DNA of 64,000 nucleotides from Syntrophales bacterium (GCA_963668175.1 OY764159.1:3584001-3648000), one strand, 5' to 3'. Shown: positions 40,045 through 51,552, counted from the first letter of the stretch. Numbers and translations: made by a program. The notes: generated by a model from the letters alone, not told the origin.

Positions 40045-40707
40045 ATGAAGAAAAGACAACTGCCCATAGGCGTTCTGGTATCGGGAAGCGGTTCCAATCT
40101 GCAGTCGATCATCGACCGGATCGAGGAAGGCAAGCTGGATGCGGTCATCAAGGTCGTCATCAGCAATATCCCCGGCGTTTATGCCTTGGAACGCGCGAAA
40201 AAGCACGGCATCCCCGTCGAAGTGATTGAGCATAAATCCTATCCCGACCGGGAATCGTTCGACCGGGCCATGGTGGAGATCCTTCGGTCCCACGGCGTCG
40301 AACTGGTGGTTATGGCCGGATTCATGAGAGTCCTTACTCCTTACTTCCTTCGTTCCTTCCCCATGAAGATCATGAATATCCACCCGGCGCTCCTGCCCGC
40401 CTTCCCCGGAATCCATGTCCAGAAGAAGGCTGTGGAATACGGTGTGAAATTCTCGGGGTGCACGGTCCACTTTGCCGACGAAGGGGTCGATACGGGCCCC
40501 ATCATCATTCAGGCCGTCGTCCCCGTGTTGGACAACGACACAGAGGAAAGCCTGGCCGCCAGAATCCTGAAGGAAGAACACCGTATCTATCCCCGCGCCA
40601 TTGCGTTGTACGCCGCGGGCAGGCTCCGCATTTCGGGAAGAAAGGTTGCCGTTCTCAAAAGCAGGAGCGTCAAGGAAAAGGCCCTGCATAATCCCCCCCT
40701 CACATAA
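40045..40707 (+). CDS. purN: Phosphoribosylglycinamide formyltransferase
   Basis: SGSGSNLQ, AGFMRVL, NIHPALLP, GCTVH, DTGPII. Confidence 0.97.
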   Translation: MKKRQLPIGVLVSGSGSNLQSIIDRIEEGKLDAVIKVVISNIPGVYALERAKKHGIPVEVIEHKSYPDRESFDRAMVEILRSHGVELVVMAGFMRVLTPYFLRSFPMKIMNIHPALLPAFPGIHVQKKAVEYGVKFSGCTVHFADEGVDTGPIIIQAVVPVLDNDTEESLAARILKEEHRIYPRAIALYAAGRLRISGRKVAVLKSRSVKEKALHNPPLT

Positions 40708-40729
40708 GCTGCCACGGAGGCAATCGCCC

Positions 40730-42058
40730 GTGATCCCGACTGATTACGATTTCACTGTCTGCAACCTGGGAGAAAGAAAAATCGCCTCGCGCCTGAACAT
40801 CGGCCATTACATTCCCGACGAACGGCGAATCCTCTTCAACATCGACCTCGAACATTACTTAAGCACGGCAACGCCTGCCGGACAACCCCTTTCCGTGGAA
40901 GTGGCGGGGCCGAGGGAAAGGATATTTTTCGACCCATCCCAGACCAAGGCGGCCATCATTACCTGCGGCGGTCTCTGCCCGGGCATCAACAACGTCATCC
41001 GCGCCGTGGTCATGGAGCTTTATCACCGCTACGGCGTGAAGAACATCATCGGCATCCGGTACGGATTCCAGGGACTGGTCCCCCGCTTCGGCCATGACAT
41101 GATCGAACTGACGCCGGAAGCGGTCAAAGACATCCACACGCTGGGGGGCAGTTTTCTCTCGTCGTCGCGAGGCAAGCAGGATATCGCCGAAATGGTCGAT
41201 GCCTTGAAGAGGAAGAACATAGACCTCCTCTTCTGCATAGGCGGCGACGGCACGATGCGGGCCGCCGAGGCCATCACCGGGGAGATCGCCCGGAGAAACC
41301 TTAATATCGGCATCATCGGCATCCCGAAAACGATCGACAACGACCTCAACCTCATCCAGAAAACGTTCGGCTACGACACGGCCATCGCCGAAGCCATGAA
41401 TGCGATCAAGAGCGCCCACGTCGAATCGCGGGGCGCTCCCATGGGAATCGGCCTTGTTAAGATCATGGGCAGGCAGTCGGGCCATATCGCCGTCGGCGCC
41501 GCCCTTGCCTTGAGCGAAGTGAACTTCGTGCTGATCCCCGAAGTGCCCTTCGATCTGGAAGGCGAAGGGGGGTTCCTCAAGGCCCTGCAGCAGAGACTCA
41601 TGGACAGGCAGCACGCCGTGATCCTGGTCGCCGAGGGGGCCGGACAGGAACTCTTCCAAAGCACACCCGATGCAATGGAAACGGACGCCTCCGGCAACAT
41701 CAGACTGAAGGACATCGGTATCCTTCTCAAGAAGAGGATCGAGGACAACTTCAAGAGTATCGGCATGGAGATCAATCTGAAATATATCGACCCCAGCTAC
41801 ATGATCCGCAGCGTCCCGGCCAATGCCAGCGACAGTATCTATTGCGGCGCGCTGGGCCAGTATGCCGTCCATGCCGGCATGGCCGGCAAAACAGGCATGC
41901 TCGTCGGATTGATGAAGGATGAATTCGTCCATCTTCCCCTTCACACGGTCACGTCGGGCCGTACCGTCGATCCCGGGGGCAATCTCTGGATGCGCGTCCT
42001 GGAATCGACTGGACAGCCTTCCATGATCAACTCCGACCGGACCGACGGACCCGCCTGA
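40730..42058 (+). CDS. pfkA: ATP-dependent 6-phosphofructokinase (group X-like)
   Basis: TCGGLCPG, GGDGT (Gly form, ATP type), PKTIDND, MGR, AEGAGQ, YIDPSY; GTG 40730 with GGAGG RBS. Confidence 0.92.
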   Translation: MIPTDYDFTVCNLGERKIASRLNIGHYIPDERRILFNIDLEHYLSTATPAGQPLSVEVAGPRERIFFDPSQTKAAIITCGGLCPGINNVIRAVVMELYHRYGVKNIIGIRYGFQGLVPRFGHDMIELTPEAVKDIHTLGGSFLSSSRGKQDIAEMVDALKRKNIDLLFCIGGDGTMRAAEAITGEIARRNLNIGIIGIPKTIDNDLNLIQKTFGYDTAIAEAMNAIKSAHVESRGAPMGIGLVKIMGRQSGHIAVGAALALSEVNFVLIPEVPFDLEGEGGFLKALQQRLMDRQHAVILVAEGAGQELFQSTPDAMETDASGNIRLKDIGILLKKRIEDNFKSIGMEINLKYIDPSYMIRSVPANASDSIYCGALGQYAVHAGMAGKTGMLVGLMKDEFVHLPLHTVTSGRTVDPGGNLWMRVLESTGQPSMINSDRTDGPA

Positions 42059-42080
42059 GGAACGCGACAGGATAACCGTC

Positions 42081-42518
42081 ATGAAAAGAACAATCCTCCT
42101 GATCCTGGCATGCCTTTGGGGCTGTTCAGCCATGTCCGATCATTCCGCGCAGGTGAAACAGCCTGCCGACGCCGTGCCGTTTCCGCAGGAACTGCAAATG
42201 GTACCGGTGACGCCCGTGAAAGTTCTCCGCATCCCTCTCGGCCAGACCTTCAAGATCACCCTGCCCTCCAATCCTACGACCGGTTACAGCTGGCAGTTGG
42301 CAACAGAACCGGACTCCGCGATAGTGACGACGGAAGGCCGCGAGTATCGACCCGAAACGCCGGTGCGCAGCGGTTCGGGCGGTCATGAGGTCTGGACATT
42401 CAAGGCTTGCGGAAAAGGAAGGACCGCCGTCACTCTGCAATATGTGCGCCCCTGGGAAAAGGGCCAATCTCCGGCCAACACGAACCGCTTCGAGTTCATC
42501 GTCCTCGGAAGCGAATAA
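42081..42518 (+). CDS. Chagasin/ICP-family (I42) cysteine protease inhibitor lipoprotein
   Basis: Lipobox LWGC; NPTTGYSW, GSGG and RPWE motifs. Confidence 0.88.
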   Translation: MKRTILLILACLWGCSAMSDHSAQVKQPADAVPFPQELQMVPVTPVKVLRIPLGQTFKITLPSNPTTGYSWQLATEPDSAIVTTEGREYRPETPVRSGSGGHEVWTFKACGKGRTAVTLQYVRPWEKGQSPANTNRFEFIVLGSE

Positions 42519-42538
42519 CGCGCGAGTAAAAGTGCGCC

Positions 42539-42567
42539 TTGACAAGGGTCCGATTTTGCATAATAAT
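42539..42567 (+). promoter_or_regulatory. Putative sigma70 promoter
   Basis: TTGACA-N17-AATAAT upstream of the 42617 gene. Confidence 0.45.
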
Positions 42568-42616
42568 ATGGGAATATCAAGCAATTGTGTAGAGATTTCC
42601 AATCGAGGAGAGGTTC

Positions 42617-43075
42617 ATGAAGCGTTGGATGATCCACGTTCTGGCTGCATGCTTTCTGACGGGGTGCGTCGCAGCGGCGCCGCTTCCCGATGACGTCAAG
42701 ATCACCGCACCGCGGGAAAAGCTTCCCTCGTACATCGCAAATTATATCGGCGTCTGGGAAAGAATAGAAGGAGGGGTGGAAGGAGGCACCAAGGAACCCC
42801 AGGCCCTGACCATCGTGATAGAAGAGATTAAACTGCCCAACGTCACGGCCATCTATTCCTGGGGCGACAGGAAGGGCACCAGCAACGGCGGCTGGCTGAG
42901 GGTCAACGGCACCATCACGGGCAAGACCATCGTCCTCAAGTGGAAAACCAGGTTCGGCCGGGACAGGAAGGTGACGATCGTGCCCGGCGATACGCCGGAG
43001 TTCATCAAGGCAAGTTACGAAAAGACACCCGGCAAAGTGAGCCGCCGCTCCATCCTGAAGAAAAAGAGCACCTGA
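42617..43075 (+). CDS. Hypothetical lipoprotein
   Basis: Lipobox LTGC; GAGGAG RBS. Confidence 0.75.
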   Translation: MKRWMIHVLAACFLTGCVAAAPLPDDVKITAPREKLPSYIANYIGVWERIEGGVEGGTKEPQALTIVIEEIKLPNVTAIYSWGDRKGTSNGGWLRVNGTITGKTIVLKWKTRFGRDRKVTIVPGDTPEFIKASYEKTPGKVSRRSILKKKST

Positions 43076-43504
43076 CGCGGTCGGAGCGAAGCGCCGGTTT
43101 TACAACCCTGCCGGCGTACCCATGGTCCAAAACCGGCCTGCTCCTGCCAGGACTCCCGGCGTTAAAATCGGTTTTTGTCCTTCATATGCAAATCCTCGGG
43201 GTCTTTCACTGCTCCTCCACCCCCACTTTTCCAACAACGGATCGATGTCGATGAAAGCAGTCCGGGCGTCGCGCTTCCACGCATATGCGTTCAATAGGAC
43301 CTTGAACCGGCAAATAATTTCAGAAAACCGGGCGCCGACAGAATAGAAGTCGATCTTTCAGCGATGGCCGGAACGCATGGATTGACGAGCTCATCTGATC
43401 GCTCTGCGTCAGACGGGTCCTTCCCTATTTTCCGTAATCGTGGTAGAGATATCGTCTCAACGAAAGAGACGTCTTACGGCGAATCGTTCTTCTCGGGATA
43501 AGAT

Positions 43505-43978
43505 ATGTCTGACATTGGAGAAAATATCGATCAACGGGCGGCTTCACTTGAAAAGACCCAATGGGCCGCGGATTTCACCTGGAAGGAAATGCACACGCTG
43601 GCCAAATACCTGAGCCGGATGAAGGTGAAGTCGGGGACGCCGGTTTTTGAGGAGGGTTCAAAGGACGCCTACATGTGCATCGTGGTCGAAGGAAGCGTCC
43701 AGGCGTTGAAGCACAATGTGAAGAACGAAACGAAGGTCCTGTCCGTCATCAACGCCGGCAAAACCTTCGGCGAGATGGCCCTCTTCGACAGTGAACCTCG
43801 GTCCGCCAGGATCGTCGCCGCGGAAAACACGACCATGCTCGTCCTTACGAGCGAAAACCTGCAGAGGATGATGACAGAGGCGCCCGGTCTCGCCGCAAAG
43901 CTCCTGTTTAAGATGGGCAAGCTTTTGAGCCAGAAACTCCGCATGACCAGCGGCCGTCTCGTAGACTACATGGAATGA
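43505..43978 (+). CDS. Stand-alone cyclic nucleotide-binding domain protein
   Basis: FGEMALFDSEPRSA phosphate-binding cassette; no HTH. Confidence 0.88.
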   Translation: MSDIGENIDQRAASLEKTQWAADFTWKEMHTLAKYLSRMKVKSGTPVFEEGSKDAYMCIVVEGSVQALKHNVKNETKVLSVINAGKTFGEMALFDSEPRSARIVAAENTTMLVLTSENLQRMMTEAPGLAAKLLFKMGKLLSQKLRMTSGRLVDYME

Positions 43979-44096
43979 CGGTGCCTCCCGGCCTTGTCCA
44001 TATTGCCGGCGTCATTCCCCGGCGGTACTATCTGTTCCTCATCTCGCCTCAGTTGCCAAACAATCCGGACATGATCCTGTTCATCCCGCCGGGATA

Positions 44097-44882
44097 TTAT
44101 TTCATAAATGTGCGACGGCAATCCGCCAGAACGGCCCGCAACAGAGAAACGGCGTCTTCGATCCGGGCTGTAACTTCCGCATCCGTCATCCTCCGTCTTT
44201 TCAACGGATCGTCGTTATAGCAGCGTTTGGCGAGAGCAATGGACTCATTGGCCAGCATCGCGACTTCACGCCTCAGATCCTCTTCCGAGGCGATGGTGAT
44301 CGCTTTGATCTTCATAACGGGATTTTCTACGGCGTCGAACCTGCCGTCGAAGGCGTCGTGAACGGAAGAGGCCCACCTGCCGATCTCCCGATAAACCTTA
44401 CCGTCGCCGGCCGGTTCGGCGCCATGGGGATAATTATGAAGGGGCTGGGCGAGGTCGCCGATGAAATGGGCCATGCACATGACGGCGTAATCGTAGTCCG
44501 CACGGGCTTCCGTCGTCTTCAATTTCCTGTAAAGCTCGATGATTTTCCAGTAGAGGACCCCGGCTTCATGAGGGACCATGATCTTGATCGGCCGTCCGCC
44601 GGGCTCCGTTTTTGGAACATACAACGCCTCTATGACGGCGTACCGGTCTATATAAGCGGAATCAACCACGGCGTCAGGCGCCGCGTTATGATAATGGAAA
44701 GGCAGGAGCAGTCTATAATTGTCGTGACGTGAAGCATCGGGGATGCAGGCATATTCAGGATTTTTCATCCCGGCCTGCTTGGCGATATACATGTGGGTTC
44801 TGCACGTCCATCCGTAGCCCGATACGGGTATCAGCAAGGCGGCGCATAAAACGACTGCCAATGCTTCTATTCGCTTCGCCAT
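44097..44882 (-). CDS. Secreted Zn-dependent phospholipase C / S1-P1 nuclease-like protein
   Basis: Signal peptide then mature W-xxx-T-H; PD; HYH; HFIGDLAQPLH; HDAFD. Confidence 0.75.
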   Translation of the reverse strand: MAKRIEALAVVLCAALLIPVSGYGWTCRTHMYIAKQAGMKNPEYACIPDASRHDNYRLLLPFHYHNAAPDAVVDSAYIDRYAVIEALYVPKTEPGGRPIKIMVPHEAGVLYWKIIELYRKLKTTEARADYDYAVMCMAHFIGDLAQPLHNYPHGAEPAGDGKVYREIGRWASSVHDAFDGRFDAVENPVMKIKAITIASEEDLRREVAMLANESIALAKRCYNDDPLKRRRMTDAEVTARIEDAVSLLRAVLADCRRTFMK

Positions 44883-44907
44883 ATACGTATTCCCCTGCGT
44901 CAGTCTC

Positions 44908-45354
44908 TTATTCCAATACATGCCCTTTCGTCTTTTCCAGGGAAATGATCCGCTGCCGTATTTCGTCGGGGATCGCCGCCTTCCGTTTTTCACGGTAATG
45001 GAAGGAGACGATTTCGCCGTCGCCCTCGGCAGCCGTCTTGCCGAGTTTCTTGCTCTCAACGAGATAGTGCATCGTGAAGCGGTCCGAACCCAAGCCCGTG
45101 ACCCGGGCCCCTACCAGGACCTCGTCGGGATAATTGAGCGGTATCCGGAACCGGCAGGCCGTGGATGCCAAAATCGGCCCGATTCCGGTCCTGTTCATCA
45201 AGTCGAGGACGTCCAGTTTTTCAAAATAGGCGATCCGGGCGCTTTCGAAATACCGGAAATAGACGATGTTGTTCACGTGCCCGAAAGCATCCATTTCACC
45301 CCAGACCACCGGCAGTTCGATCACGACGGGGTATCCGTCGATGGTTTCCGCCAT
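44908..45354 (-). CDS. Acyl-CoA thioesterase (4HBT/YbgC hotdog family)
   Basis: EMDAFGHVNNIVYFRYFESARIAY. Confidence 0.9.
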   Translation of the reverse strand: MAETIDGYPVVIELPVVWGEMDAFGHVNNIVYFRYFESARIAYFEKLDVLDLMNRTGIGPILASTACRFRIPLNYPDEVLVGARVTGLGSDRFTMHYLVESKKLGKTAAEGDGEIVSFHYREKRKAAIPDEIRQRIISLEKTKGHVLE

Positions 45355-45400
45355 ATGTTTTCCCTCCTCATACAGAATTTTTCCGGGAATCCCCTCGGCC

Positions 45401-47359
45401 TCACGCCTCAGCCTGCAGGGACATCGTTGCCTTATATTCGCCGACGGGCATGAGGCGCCACTGATCCGCTCCTTTCAGATTCAGCACGACGTTATGGTAA
45501 TCGAGGATGCTGCTGCGATGGCCGACGCTGATATATTGGATGCCCAACTCTTTCAGTCTTCCATAAAGGTTGGCCTCGTTTTGCGTATCGAGGGCGCTGG
45601 TCGCTTCGTCCAGAACGGCATATTTCGGCCGGTTGACGAGCAGTCGGGCAAAGGCAAGCCGCTGCTGTTCGCCCAGGGAAAGCAAGTCGGCCCAGTCCAG
45701 CTCGACATCGAACCCGCCCACCCGTTCGGGCAGATCTTCCAGGTTGACCGTCTTCAGGACGCTTCGCAATTCCTCGTCGGATATCTGGCGCTCCAGGCGC
45801 GGATAGAGAAGTTGATCCCGGAGCGACCCCAGGAGCATGTATGGGCGCTGCGGCAGGAAGAATATGTCCGTAAGGGACGGACGGCGGATCACGCCTTCCC
45901 CCTGCGTCCAGAGACCGGCAATGGCCCGCAGCAGCGAGCTCTTACCGACGCCGCTCTGGCCGACTATCGCCAGATTCTGTCCCGGAGCGAGGCTCGCATC
46001 CAGATGATCGATCAGGATGCGGCTCTTGTTCGGTGTGGCCACGGCGACACCCTGGAGATCGAACCGTTCGGCGTCCTCCGATTGTATGCCGGGAGTCCTT
46101 TCCTTATCATCGGCCATCGCTTCGGCAAAAGACGACAATCTCTGGACGCCGGCGGCAAATCCTGTGATCTGTTCTATCTGCGAAACGATCAGCGACAGGG
46201 CTCCATAAACCTGCAGAAAAGCGAAATTCGCCTGCACCATGTCACCGTACTCGATCTTGCCGCTGAAGTACTCGGGGAAGAGGACGAGAAAAGGCAGCAC
46301 CACCGGAAGGTAGCTGTAAGCGGTCGTAAAAAAGGAAAGATTTCTCTGCCAGCCGATAAGCAGATTGAAGTTCCCGAGGACCTGGCGGAATCGTTCGCCG
46401 ATACGGGTGATCTCCGGCTTCTCACCCTGGTAGAAGGCAATCGATTCGGCATTGTCCCGCGCATGTACCAGGGAGTAACGGAAATCGGCCTCATAGCGGA
46501 GCTGGTTGAAATTCAGCCGGACCAGGCGCCGCCCTATAAGGACCGTGAGCCCCGTCCCGAAGAAGGAATATCCCAGGACGACGGCAACCAGAAGCGACGA
46601 TTTTGACCAGAGAATACCCGTGAAGGAGATGAGATCCATGAGCGATCCCAGGATGATCAGGAGGAACGACAGCGATATTTTTGTAAAAGTGCGGATATCC
46701 TCCATGATGCGCTGATCGGGGTTGTCGATATGGGATGTTGTCTCGATTTCGTAGTAATTGCGGTTACGGAAATAGCCGCTGAGGAATTCCCCGGTCAGCC
46801 ACTCGCGCCAGCGCATACCCAGGTAGTTCTGTACGTAACTATAGAAAGCGACAATCGGAATCCCGATGAGGAAACCGAAGAAATAGACGTAGACGAAAAG
46901 ATACGCCATGTCCTGGTTTTTCTTGACCAGGGCGTTGGAGAAATAATTGCCGATATAGCTGAAGGCAACGTTGATTCCCGTTACCGAAAGCGACAGGAGC
47001 AGAACGACGGCCAAAAGGGACCAGGCCCGCCAGCGCGTCTTGAGATGTCTGCGCAGGGCGATAAAGACTGCAACCGGCACAATGAGGAGCCCGGCGGCAA
47101 CAAGCCATAAGTCGGATTGAAAGATTTCATTAACCAGGGCCGAAAGCCCGGCGGCAACCTTGACAGTCAATTCCGGTGCAACGCTCGCCCCCGAAAGCGT
47201 CAGGGCCGAGACAACCATGAACAGGACGCCGAAGAGAAAGATGAGTAGCATCGCAAGAAGCAAAAGCGTCAACGCCCCTCCCCTCGGTATGTCGGGGAAG
47301 AAATAGGGTTGGGCGATCATCACGAAACGCCTCCAAAGGGAGCGCTCTTTCTGACTCAT
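45401..47359 (-). CDS. ABCD/YddA-family fused ABC transporter
   Basis: DNPDQRI, EADFRYSLVHARDNAESIAFY, GQSGVGKSS, FLPQRPY, LSLGEQQRLAFAR, SVGHR. Confidence 0.92.
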   Translation of the reverse strand: MSQKERSLWRRFVMIAQPYFFPDIPRGGALTLLLLAMLLIFLFGVLFMVVSALTLSGASVAPELTVKVAAGLSALVNEIFQSDLWLVAAGLLIVPVAVFIALRRHLKTRWRAWSLLAVVLLLSLSVTGINVAFSYIGNYFSNALVKKNQDMAYLFVYVYFFGFLIGIPIVAFYSYVQNYLGMRWREWLTGEFLSGYFRNRNYYEIETTSHIDNPDQRIMEDIRTFTKISLSFLLIILGSLMDLISFTGILWSKSSLLVAVVLGYSFFGTGLTVLIGRRLVRLNFNQLRYEADFRYSLVHARDNAESIAFYQGEKPEITRIGERFRQVLGNFNLLIGWQRNLSFFTTAYSYLPVVLPFLVLFPEYFSGKIEYGDMVQANFAFLQVYGALSLIVSQIEQITGFAAGVQRLSSFAEAMADDKERTPGIQSEDAERFDLQGVAVATPNKSRILIDHLDASLAPGQNLAIVGQSGVGKSSLLRAIAGLWTQGEGVIRRPSLTDIFFLPQRPYMLLGSLRDQLLYPRLERQISDEELRSVLKTVNLEDLPERVGGFDVELDWADLLSLGEQQRLAFARLLVNRPKYAVLDEATSALDTQNEANLYGRLKELGIQYISVGHRSSILDYHNVVLNLKGADQWRLMPVGEYKATMSLQAEA

Positions 47360-48151
47360 TGTTCAGGTATCCTTTCTTTCATCGTGTATAGAAAAGGTTA
47401 CGAATAAAGCCTTCTTTTCCTATAGATATGAAATTACCAATATTGAAACGGGTTGGCAAGGACAATCCGGGTATCCGGAGGAGTGCGTCGTGAACCGCCA
47501 TACCAGAAGCCATTGAAAACAATTCCGGTGATTAATCACTTCCGTTCGGCTCTGTTAATCGTCGCACGCACGCACTTCTGAGTAATTGACCGTCCATTCA
47601 TAACCATCATGACAATAGCAGACATTTAGTGCAGAGATGGGATCCAATATCGATCAATAGCCAGAGATCATTACAAAAGAAATGAGCTTTTTTGTACAAA
47701 ATATGATTTTTTTTCTTGCTATTTGTAAAATATTGTGATACACATGTCATCACGCTTCGTTTTATATCTTTTATATCAAGGCCCAGGAAGGATCGGATTG
47801 CTTATTATAACAACGGCATGTTTCTGCCTGTTTTAATAAAAGGGGAAAACAAAGGCTCTTCGAAAATCCAATTCGCCCGCTTCCGGGAACGGCTGCAATC
47901 CCCGGTATCTTCGCCCTCCCCCGATCATGTTGCAGCGCTTGTTATTCTCCACGAGTCACCTTCGCATAAGTCACGTTTTTGAGATCAGAAACACCGAGAG
48001 CCGGGCCGCTGCCTGCAGGTGCCAAACACGCATTTCAGCGACAGCCCGCTGACAGGAAATGCTGTCGGCTCTCATAGTGATTTACGAGGACAATCAACGC
48101 TTCGTCAAGAAGCACAGATAGTCCGCGCTGAAATCAAACCGGGAGGGCGAT

Positions 48152-50119
48152 ATGAGAAGAGAAGACAATCCGAACGTCATGCCTGCCACCTCCTCGCGCA
48201 TGCATGAAATGGGACTCAATCCCATCACGCTGGCATTTTCCGGTCCTCTGGAGGAGGCGTTTCTCGACGACTACTACAACAATTCCATGACTATGGTCAG
48301 GTTGTCGCTCTTTGCCGGGATCGTCTTGTACGGCCTGTTCGGAATCCTCGACGCAGAACTTGTCCCCACCATGAAATGGAAGCTCTGGTTCCTTCGTTTT
48401 GCCATCGTCTGGCCTGCCCTGATGGCCGTCATCCTCTGGTCCTACTATCCAAGTTTCAAGAGATTCTTTCAGCCTGCCGTTGCTTCGGTCATGCTCGTGG
48501 CGGGTTTTGCCATTATCATCATGATTCGCATCATTCCCCCGCCAATCAGTTATTCCTATTACGCCGGCCTCATCCTCGTCTTCATCTGGGGTTACTCCTT
48601 CACCCGCGTCAGGTTCCTGTGGGCGGCCTCCGCCGGATGGATCATCGTTATTTTTTACGAAATCGTTACCATGTCCACTGCAAACATTCCCCGGGGCGTT
48701 GTCATCAACAACAATTTCTTCTTCATCAGCGCCCAGATTATCGGTATGTTCGTCTGCTATTCCATCGAGTTCTATCAGAGGCGCGACTTCTTCCTGGCCT
48801 GGCAGCTCCAGAACGAGAAGGCCGTCATCATCGACGCCAACCGTCTGCTCGAATCCATCATTCAGGAGCGCACGTCCGAGCTGGTCAAAACGAACCAGGA
48901 TCTGCGCTCACAGATCGAAGAGCGCCAGCGGGCAGAAACGACGCGGAAGAACCTGGAATCGCAACTTCTGCAGGCGCAAAAAATGGAAGCCATGGGAACG
49001 CTGGCCGGGGGCATCGCCCACGACTTCAACAACCTCCTCATGGGCATCCAGGGGAATGTTTCCCTGATTCTCATGGATATGAGACGAGACCATCCCTATA
49101 ATGACAGATTAAGGAATGTTCAGGAACTTGTCCGCAGCGGTTCGCAATTGACCCATCAGCTCCTCGGATTCGCCCGCGCCGGCAAGTACGAAGTACAGCC
49201 TACGAATTTGAACGATCTCGTGAACCGCTGCAAAAACATGTACGGCCGGGCCAAGAAGGAAATCACCATTTATACGGATTTCCAGGACGACATCTGGACG
49301 GTCAACATAGACCAGGGCCAGATCGAACAGGTCCTGCTGAATCTTTTCGTCAATGCCTGGCAGGCCATGCCGGGCGGCGGGAACCTCTCGGTCGGAACGG
49401 AAAACATCACATTGACTCAAACCGAAGCGGACCGCATCGGCATCAAACCCGGCAGGCATGTCAAAATCATCGTCAGCGATACCGGCACCGGCATGGACCA
49501 GGCAACGATGAGCCGCATCTTCGATCCTTTTTTCACAACCAAGGGCATGGGCCGGGGCACCGGCCTGGGACTGGCGTCTGCATATGGCATCATCAAGAAC
49601 CACGAAGGCATCATCACGGTAAAGAGCAAGAAAGGCCAGGGCGCCACATTCGAAGTTTACATTCCGGCGTCGGACGTAGCGATGGGCAGAGACAAGGTCG
49701 TGCCTGTCCCTAAATTGCTTAAGGGAAACGAGACGATCCTGTTTGTCGACGACGAAGAGATGAACGTCGAGACCGGCCAGCGGATATTGGAGACGCTCGG
49801 TTACACCGTATTGACGGCCAGAAGCGGAAGGGAGGCCATCGAGGTTTTCAAGAAAAGCGACAGGGCCGTAACCCTGGTCATCCTCGACATGGTCATGCCG
49901 GGCATGAACGGCGGGGAGGTCTTCGATGCCCTGAAAAGCCTCGCCCCTTCGGTTAAAGTGCTTCTCTCGAGCGGCTACAGCATGACCGGCGAGGCGACAA
50001 ACATCATGGAAAGAGGTTGCGACGGCTTCATACAGAAGCCCTACGACGTCAACACGTTATCCGTCAAGATCAGAAATATTATGGACGGCTTCGGAAACGT
50101 CAAAAGAATGGTGGGCTGA
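48152..50119 (+). CDS. Membrane-anchored hybrid sensor histidine kinase (about 6 TM input, HisKA, HATPase, REC)
   Basis: TM-only input domain; [28 protein letters not shown] with VDD, LDMVMP, KP. Confidence 0.93.
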   Translation: MRREDNPNVMPATSSRMHEMGLNPITLAFSGPLEEAFLDDYYNNSMTMVRLSLFAGIVLYGLFGILDAELVPTMKWKLWFLRFAIVWPALMAVILWSYYPSFKRFFQPAVASVMLVAGFAIIIMIRIIPPPISYSYYAGLILVFIWGYSFTRVRFLWAASAGWIIVIFYEIVTMSTANIPRGVVINNNFFFISAQIIGMFVCYSIEFYQRRDFFLAWQLQNEKAVIIDANRLLESIIQERTSELVKTNQDLRSQIEERQRAETTRKNLESQLLQAQKMEAMGTLAGGIAHDFNNLLMGIQGNVSLILMDMRRDHPYNDRLRNVQELVRSGSQLTHQLLGFARAGKYEVQPTNLNDLVNRCKNMYGRAKKEITIYTDFQDDIWTVNIDQGQIEQVLLNLFVNAWQAMPGGGNLSVGTENITLTQTEADRIGIKPGRHVKIIVSDTGTGMDQATMSRIFDPFFTTKGMGRGTGLGLASAYGIIKNHEGIITVKSKKGQGATFEVYIPASDVAMGRDKVVPVPKLLKGNETILFVDDEEMNVETGQRILETLGYTVLTARSGREAIEVFKKSDRAVTLVILDMVMPGMNGGEVFDALKSLAPSVKVLLSSGYSMTGEATNIMERGCDGFIQKPYDVNTLSVKIRNIMDGFGNVKRMVG

Positions 50120-50236
50120 CGAGGCCACCGGGAACATTCCGGCGGTCGCAGTTCATGAGTATGGGCGGCCGTCGGCGATCCGCATTCCCTTCAGAAAGGA
50201 GGTCATCCGGCAGCTTGCAACGCCGGAAAACGATCG

Positions 50237-51466
50237 ATGAACTCGAGCGCTAACGTACAGACGAACTACGACCATGGGGAACGCCCCGCTCACTTTCGGA
50301 TCGCCGTTGTCGCCCCGGCGAGAGAGGCCGGCGGCTTTATTTCTGCGGCGTTCAAGAAAGTGTTCGCAGAACTCGAAAGCGAGCATATCCAATTGTGGAA
50401 GAAATTGAACGCACTGCCTCTTCGGGAGGGTGACCTTGAAGAGAAGTTGTACGCGGAGATGCAGACATTCGAATCCTGGCGGCTGGACATCATGGGAACC
50501 TTGTGGGATATGGTGGCCGATTTCGACGACGAACAGAAGCGCGCCCATCAGGAGTACATCCGCAATACCCGTTATTTCCAAATCGTCCAGGAGGCCCCCT
50601 TTTATTGGCGAATCATCAACAAACCGAACGGCTATGCCGGCGACGCCTACATGATGCATTATATTTACCGAAACATGTTCGAGGGCGAGACGCCATTCGG
50701 CAAGTTTCTGCATAAGCATGCCTGCTCGACAATGGCCTGCGTCGCCGTGAGGAACCGTAGACGATTCCTGAAGAATCAGATACTGGAAAAGGCCGGGGGA
50801 AAGGTATTGAGTCTGGCGGCCGGTCCGGCCGAAGAGATATGGGATATCCTTGAGGTCGAAAACCTCGGCAAAAATTATCATTTCCTGGCCCTCGATCACG
50901 ACATTGAAACGGTCCAGCGGTTCAACTCGTCCAATCCGCATACCCGTTTTAAATATTGCCTGGCCAATGCCTTTCAGATCATCGGGGGAAATTACCGGAT
51001 CGCCAGGCCCCGGAGAATGATGGACAAGTTCTGCGTACCGGGAAGCGATTTCAAAGGCTGGCGGATCATGATCAGCGCCCTGAAATACGAATTCACCAAT
51101 CTCGCCTGCAGTGAATTCGATCTTGTTTACAGCGCCGGTCTTTTCGATTATATTAAGACGTTTCCTCTGGAAGACAGCAAAGGAAGCGTGGCCCTGACCA
51201 AGCGGCTGTTCGAACTGGTGAAGCCGGGCGGTTCGCTTATTGTAGGCAATTTCAGCCATAACAACCCGCGGGACCTCAAGTTCGTGATGGAATACATCTA
51301 TGGCTGGCATCTTATCTATCGCGGCCGGGACGAGATGACCCGATTCGCCAGATCCATTCCGCAAAACCAGATCGCCCGGATCGACGTTCTGGAAGAGGAG
51401 TCGGGAATCAACTATTTTCTCAAGATCGAAAAAGCAACGAACAAAGCCCTGCCGCTCAGAATCTGA
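50237..51466 (+). CDS. SAM-dependent methyltransferase, PhcB-like
   Basis: KPNGYAGD, AVRNRR, VLSLAAGPAEE, FDLVYSAGLFDY, GNF...WHLIYR. Confidence 0.75.
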   Translation: MNSSANVQTNYDHGERPAHFRIAVVAPAREAGGFISAAFKKVFAELESEHIQLWKKLNALPLREGDLEEKLYAEMQTFESWRLDIMGTLWDMVADFDDEQKRAHQEYIRNTRYFQIVQEAPFYWRIINKPNGYAGDAYMMHYIYRNMFEGETPFGKFLHKHACSTMACVAVRNRRRFLKNQILEKAGGKVLSLAAGPAEEIWDILEVENLGKNYHFLALDHDIETVQRFNSSNPHTRFKYCLANAFQIIGGNYRIARPRRMMDKFCVPGSDFKGWRIMISALKYEFTNLACSEFDLVYSAGLFDYIKTFPLEDSKGSVALTKRLFELVKPGGSLIVGNFSHNNPRDLKFVMEYIYGWHLIYRGRDEMTRFARSIPQNQIARIDVLEEESGINYFLKIEKATNKALPLRI

Positions 51467-51552
51467 AACGCCGTTTTGGCAGCATCCGTGATTCGATTCT
51501 TCTAGGCCGGCGAAAGGCCGTTCAGGTCAGGGAGACAGGATAAAGGGCACGG

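Noticed and set aside
43100..43360. Minus-strand frame KIDFYSVGARFSEIICRFKVLLNAYAWKRDARTAFIDIDPLLEKWG preceded by an in-frame TGA
   Set aside because: It looks protein-like, but I recognise no family, RBS or SECIS; cannot be supported as a selenoprotein or pseudogene.
47360..48151. Long AT-rich spacer and short ORFs (47716-47982) between the ABCD and kinase genes
   Set aside because: No coding signal, repeat or RNA motif I can support; likely divergent promoters.
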